DNA from: an uncultured Candidatus Saccharibacteria bacterium
GTDB taxonomy: Bacteria > Patescibacteriota > Minisyncoccia > Phycocordibacterales > CALRHW01
DNA: 64,000 nucleotides
Direction of reading: 5' to 3'
Assembly (NCBI GenBank): GCA_964407105.1
Contig: CAYOUG010000001.1
Span: forward strand, 8,059 to 72,058
Shown here: piece after piece, positions 62,230-64,000 of the stretch
Layout of the letters: each line of letters starts with the position of its first letter
Numbering within the stretch: the first letter of the stretch is position 1
Notes under the pieces: model-generated
What the model was told of the DNA's origin: nothing
Databases searched by the model: none
Seen by the model: only the letters and a program-made list of their open reading frames with translations
Program-made: the position numbers and the translations under genes

Positions 62230-62634
62230 ATGAACACATACAATTGGTACTCACAACTTATCAAACCAACATGGGCTCCTCCTTCGTGGATTTTTGGGCC
62301 AGTATGGACGGTGCTATATGCAATCATCGCCGTTTCTTTTTGTGCAGTTTTTTACAAATCATTCACAGGAAAACTTGCTTGGATCGTAGCTTTGCCTTTT
62401 GTCCTCAATCTAATTTTTAATTTCGCATTCACACCAATTCAATTTGGGCTCAAAAATAATCTTCTGGCTTCTGTTGATATCTTGCTTATTCTTGGCACGC
62501 TCATCTGGGCGCTCTACGTCCTATGGCACGCTTCACCCGAACTTCGTTGGGTGGTTTACGCCAACATTCCATATCTTTTGTGGGGTACATTTGCTACTTT
62601 TTTGCAATTAACAATTACTTATCTGAACAGATAA
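62230..62634 (+). CDS. tspO: TspO/MBR tryptophan-rich sensory protein
   Basis: WYSQLIKPTWAPPSWIFGPVWTVLY, PYLLW. Confidence 0.92.
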   Translation: MNTYNWYSQLIKPTWAPPSWIFGPVWTVLYAIIAVSFCAVFYKSFTGKLAWIVALPFVLNLIFNFAFTPIQFGLKNNLLASVDILLILGTLIWALYVLWHASPELRWVVYANIPYLLWGTFATFLQLTITYLNR

Positions 62635-62702
62635 TGATCAGTTTAGATTTTATTGGGTTATTTATTTTTATTAGTATATTATCTTACTTATAGCTAACTT
62701 CA

Positions 62703-63161
62703 ATGCATAGAAAAGTAAAATCAAAAAAAACTTTTGATCCACGTTTCAAACCAGATTTAACTCCAAAAGAAATGCTTGAGCTGGGTGTGTTTGGTGGATT
62801 ATATTTTTCAGATAGACCGAAGGAGTTTCCAAAAAATTGGTTTACTAAAGCAAAACTATCACCCGACGGAAAACGTCACAAAGAACTTAATTTTTTTGGT
62901 GTAAACGCTAGTCAACCACTCTCTGTGTGGCAAGCCAAGGGCTGGATTCATCCGCAAGATCCTCGTGGTTGGTGGCAGTGGTACTGTCGATATTATATGG
63001 GTCGCAGAACAGATGACGATGAGCGTCAGATTAAAAGATGGCTCGCTATGCGCAGACACATAACACAAATTAAAAATAATTGTCGGGCAGGAGACATTTT
63101 TTGTCGACCCAGACAAAGGCAAGCACTTTTGCACTGGGCATATGATTCAAGAAAGATTTAG
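62703..63161 (+). CDS. Conserved-looking hypothetical protein
   Basis: TPKEMLELGVFGG, DPRGWWQWYCRYYMGRR, RQALLHWA; function unknown. Confidence 0.8.
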   Translation: MHRKVKSKKTFDPRFKPDLTPKEMLELGVFGGLYFSDRPKEFPKNWFTKAKLSPDGKRHKELNFFGVNASQPLSVWQAKGWIHPQDPRGWWQWYCRYYMGRRTDDDERQIKRWLAMRRHITQIKNNCRAGDIFCRPRQRQALLHWAYDSRKI

Positions 63162-63252
63162 GGAGTTAAGTCGTTCACTAAGTTGCGCAGTAAAAAACAT
63201 AATAAAAAAACGACCTTAGGGGTCATTTTTTTATTCAGCTTATAAAATCTTG

Positions 63253-63323
63253 TTGCGGAGGCCGGAATTGCACCGGCGGCTGGAGGTTATGAGCCTCCCG
63301 AGATACTACTTCTCCACCCCGCT
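63253..63323 (-). tRNA. Probable initiator tRNA-fMet(CAT)
   Basis: Unpaired 1:72 position, GCGGGG acceptor, anticodon arm GGAGG-CTCATAA-CCTCC. Confidence 0.8.
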
Positions 63324-63374
63324 ATGAAGAACATCATATCATGAAAGTTTAAAAACACAATAGAACTAAGCGGA

Positions 63375-64000
63375 TTATATATACCTAAATTCCTCAAAAA
63401 CGCTTTGGTAAAGCGCCACCACCCTTCGTGCTTCCCTTTCGTCCATCTGAAAAGATGCTTCGTGTGCGATCAAATTGCGTACTTTGTGTGCCTCCCAAGC
63501 GTTGTTTATGGTCGTAAAATCACTCTGCTCTATAGCTTTCAATTTTTCACCAAGTGTTTCTCCGTGATAACCCATACTGTCCACCATTTCATCAAGAATC
63601 GCATCTGCTTCAATTATGGCAATTTTCCAATCGTTTGGATTTACAGACTCAATATGTTTTACCACGCGCTCCCATTTTTTTGCTGCAGGATTTGGAGCAA
63701 TTTCACTGGTTTGTGATTCGCTTGCCTCCAACTGTGCGGGAGTTGGCGCATATTTTTCACTCTCCCTTTTTTGAAGCTTAGAGAGTTTAAATGATGTTGA
63801 AATAATCGCGTACACCAAAAGAGAAGATAGTAAAAAAGAAAGAATTTTTAAATATGGCAAAGCAATTTGCCACCACAATTTAATATTATTTAATAACTGA
63901 TCAATACGAAGCGAACGTGTAAGAGAATTTGAACCAAGAAAATTTGAAAAATTTGCGACAGCGTAGCTTAAAAGAATGATTAAAATGCCAGCTATAATCA
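63375..64000 (-). CDS. Membrane-anchored hypothetical protein, 5' partial
   Basis: Frame stays open beyond the called start 63878 to the window edge; AIIEAD, GETLGEKLK, AWEAHKVRN.IAH motifs. Confidence 0.75.
   Translation of the reverse strand, partial: IIAGILIILLSYAVANFSNFLGSNSLTRSLRIDQLLNNIKLWWQIALPYLKILSFLLSSLLVYAIISTSFKLSKLQKRESEKYAPTPAQLEASESQTSEIAPNPAAKKWERVVKHIESVNPNDWKIAIIEADAILDEMVDSMGYHGETLGEKLKAIEQSDFTTINNAWEAHKVRNLIAHEASFQMDEREARRVVALYQSVFEEFRYI

Overview
Chromosomal window from an AT-rich, genome-reduced bacterium. Gene content and compact proteins point to Patescibacteria/CPR, probably Parcubacteria; this is inferred, not searched. It uses genetic code 11 (TGA stops, RF2 present, tRNA-Trp CCA). 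Most of it is housekeeping: serS, dprA, topA, parB, miaA, alr, gyrB, pheST, tsf/rpsB, prfA/prfB, a glycolysis/pentose-phosphate cluster, groESL, rnj, a CsoR-CopA copper locus, pyrG, ftsEX and 11 tRNAs. Self-contained orphan cassettes are interspersed. The most striking unexplained signal is a dispersed set of at least 8 intergenic palindromic elements. In these, a conserved structured core (a ~68-71 bp family with compensatory changes, and a 27 bp family; most copies carry a GCGNAGC mini-hairpin motif) is flanked by 15-29 bp inverted arms that differ at every locus. At tRNA-Gln the arm is clearly a copy of the tRNA 3' end, which suggests a process that makes inverted duplications of its target. 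Other candidates: an HTH/LAGLIDADG-like ORF reading through a whole tRNA, a ~325 nt structured orphan ncRNA, tRNAs ending 1-2 nt before start codons, pervasive leaderless genes, an Asn-rich hexapeptide-repeat secreted protein, and a fatty-acid desaturase.
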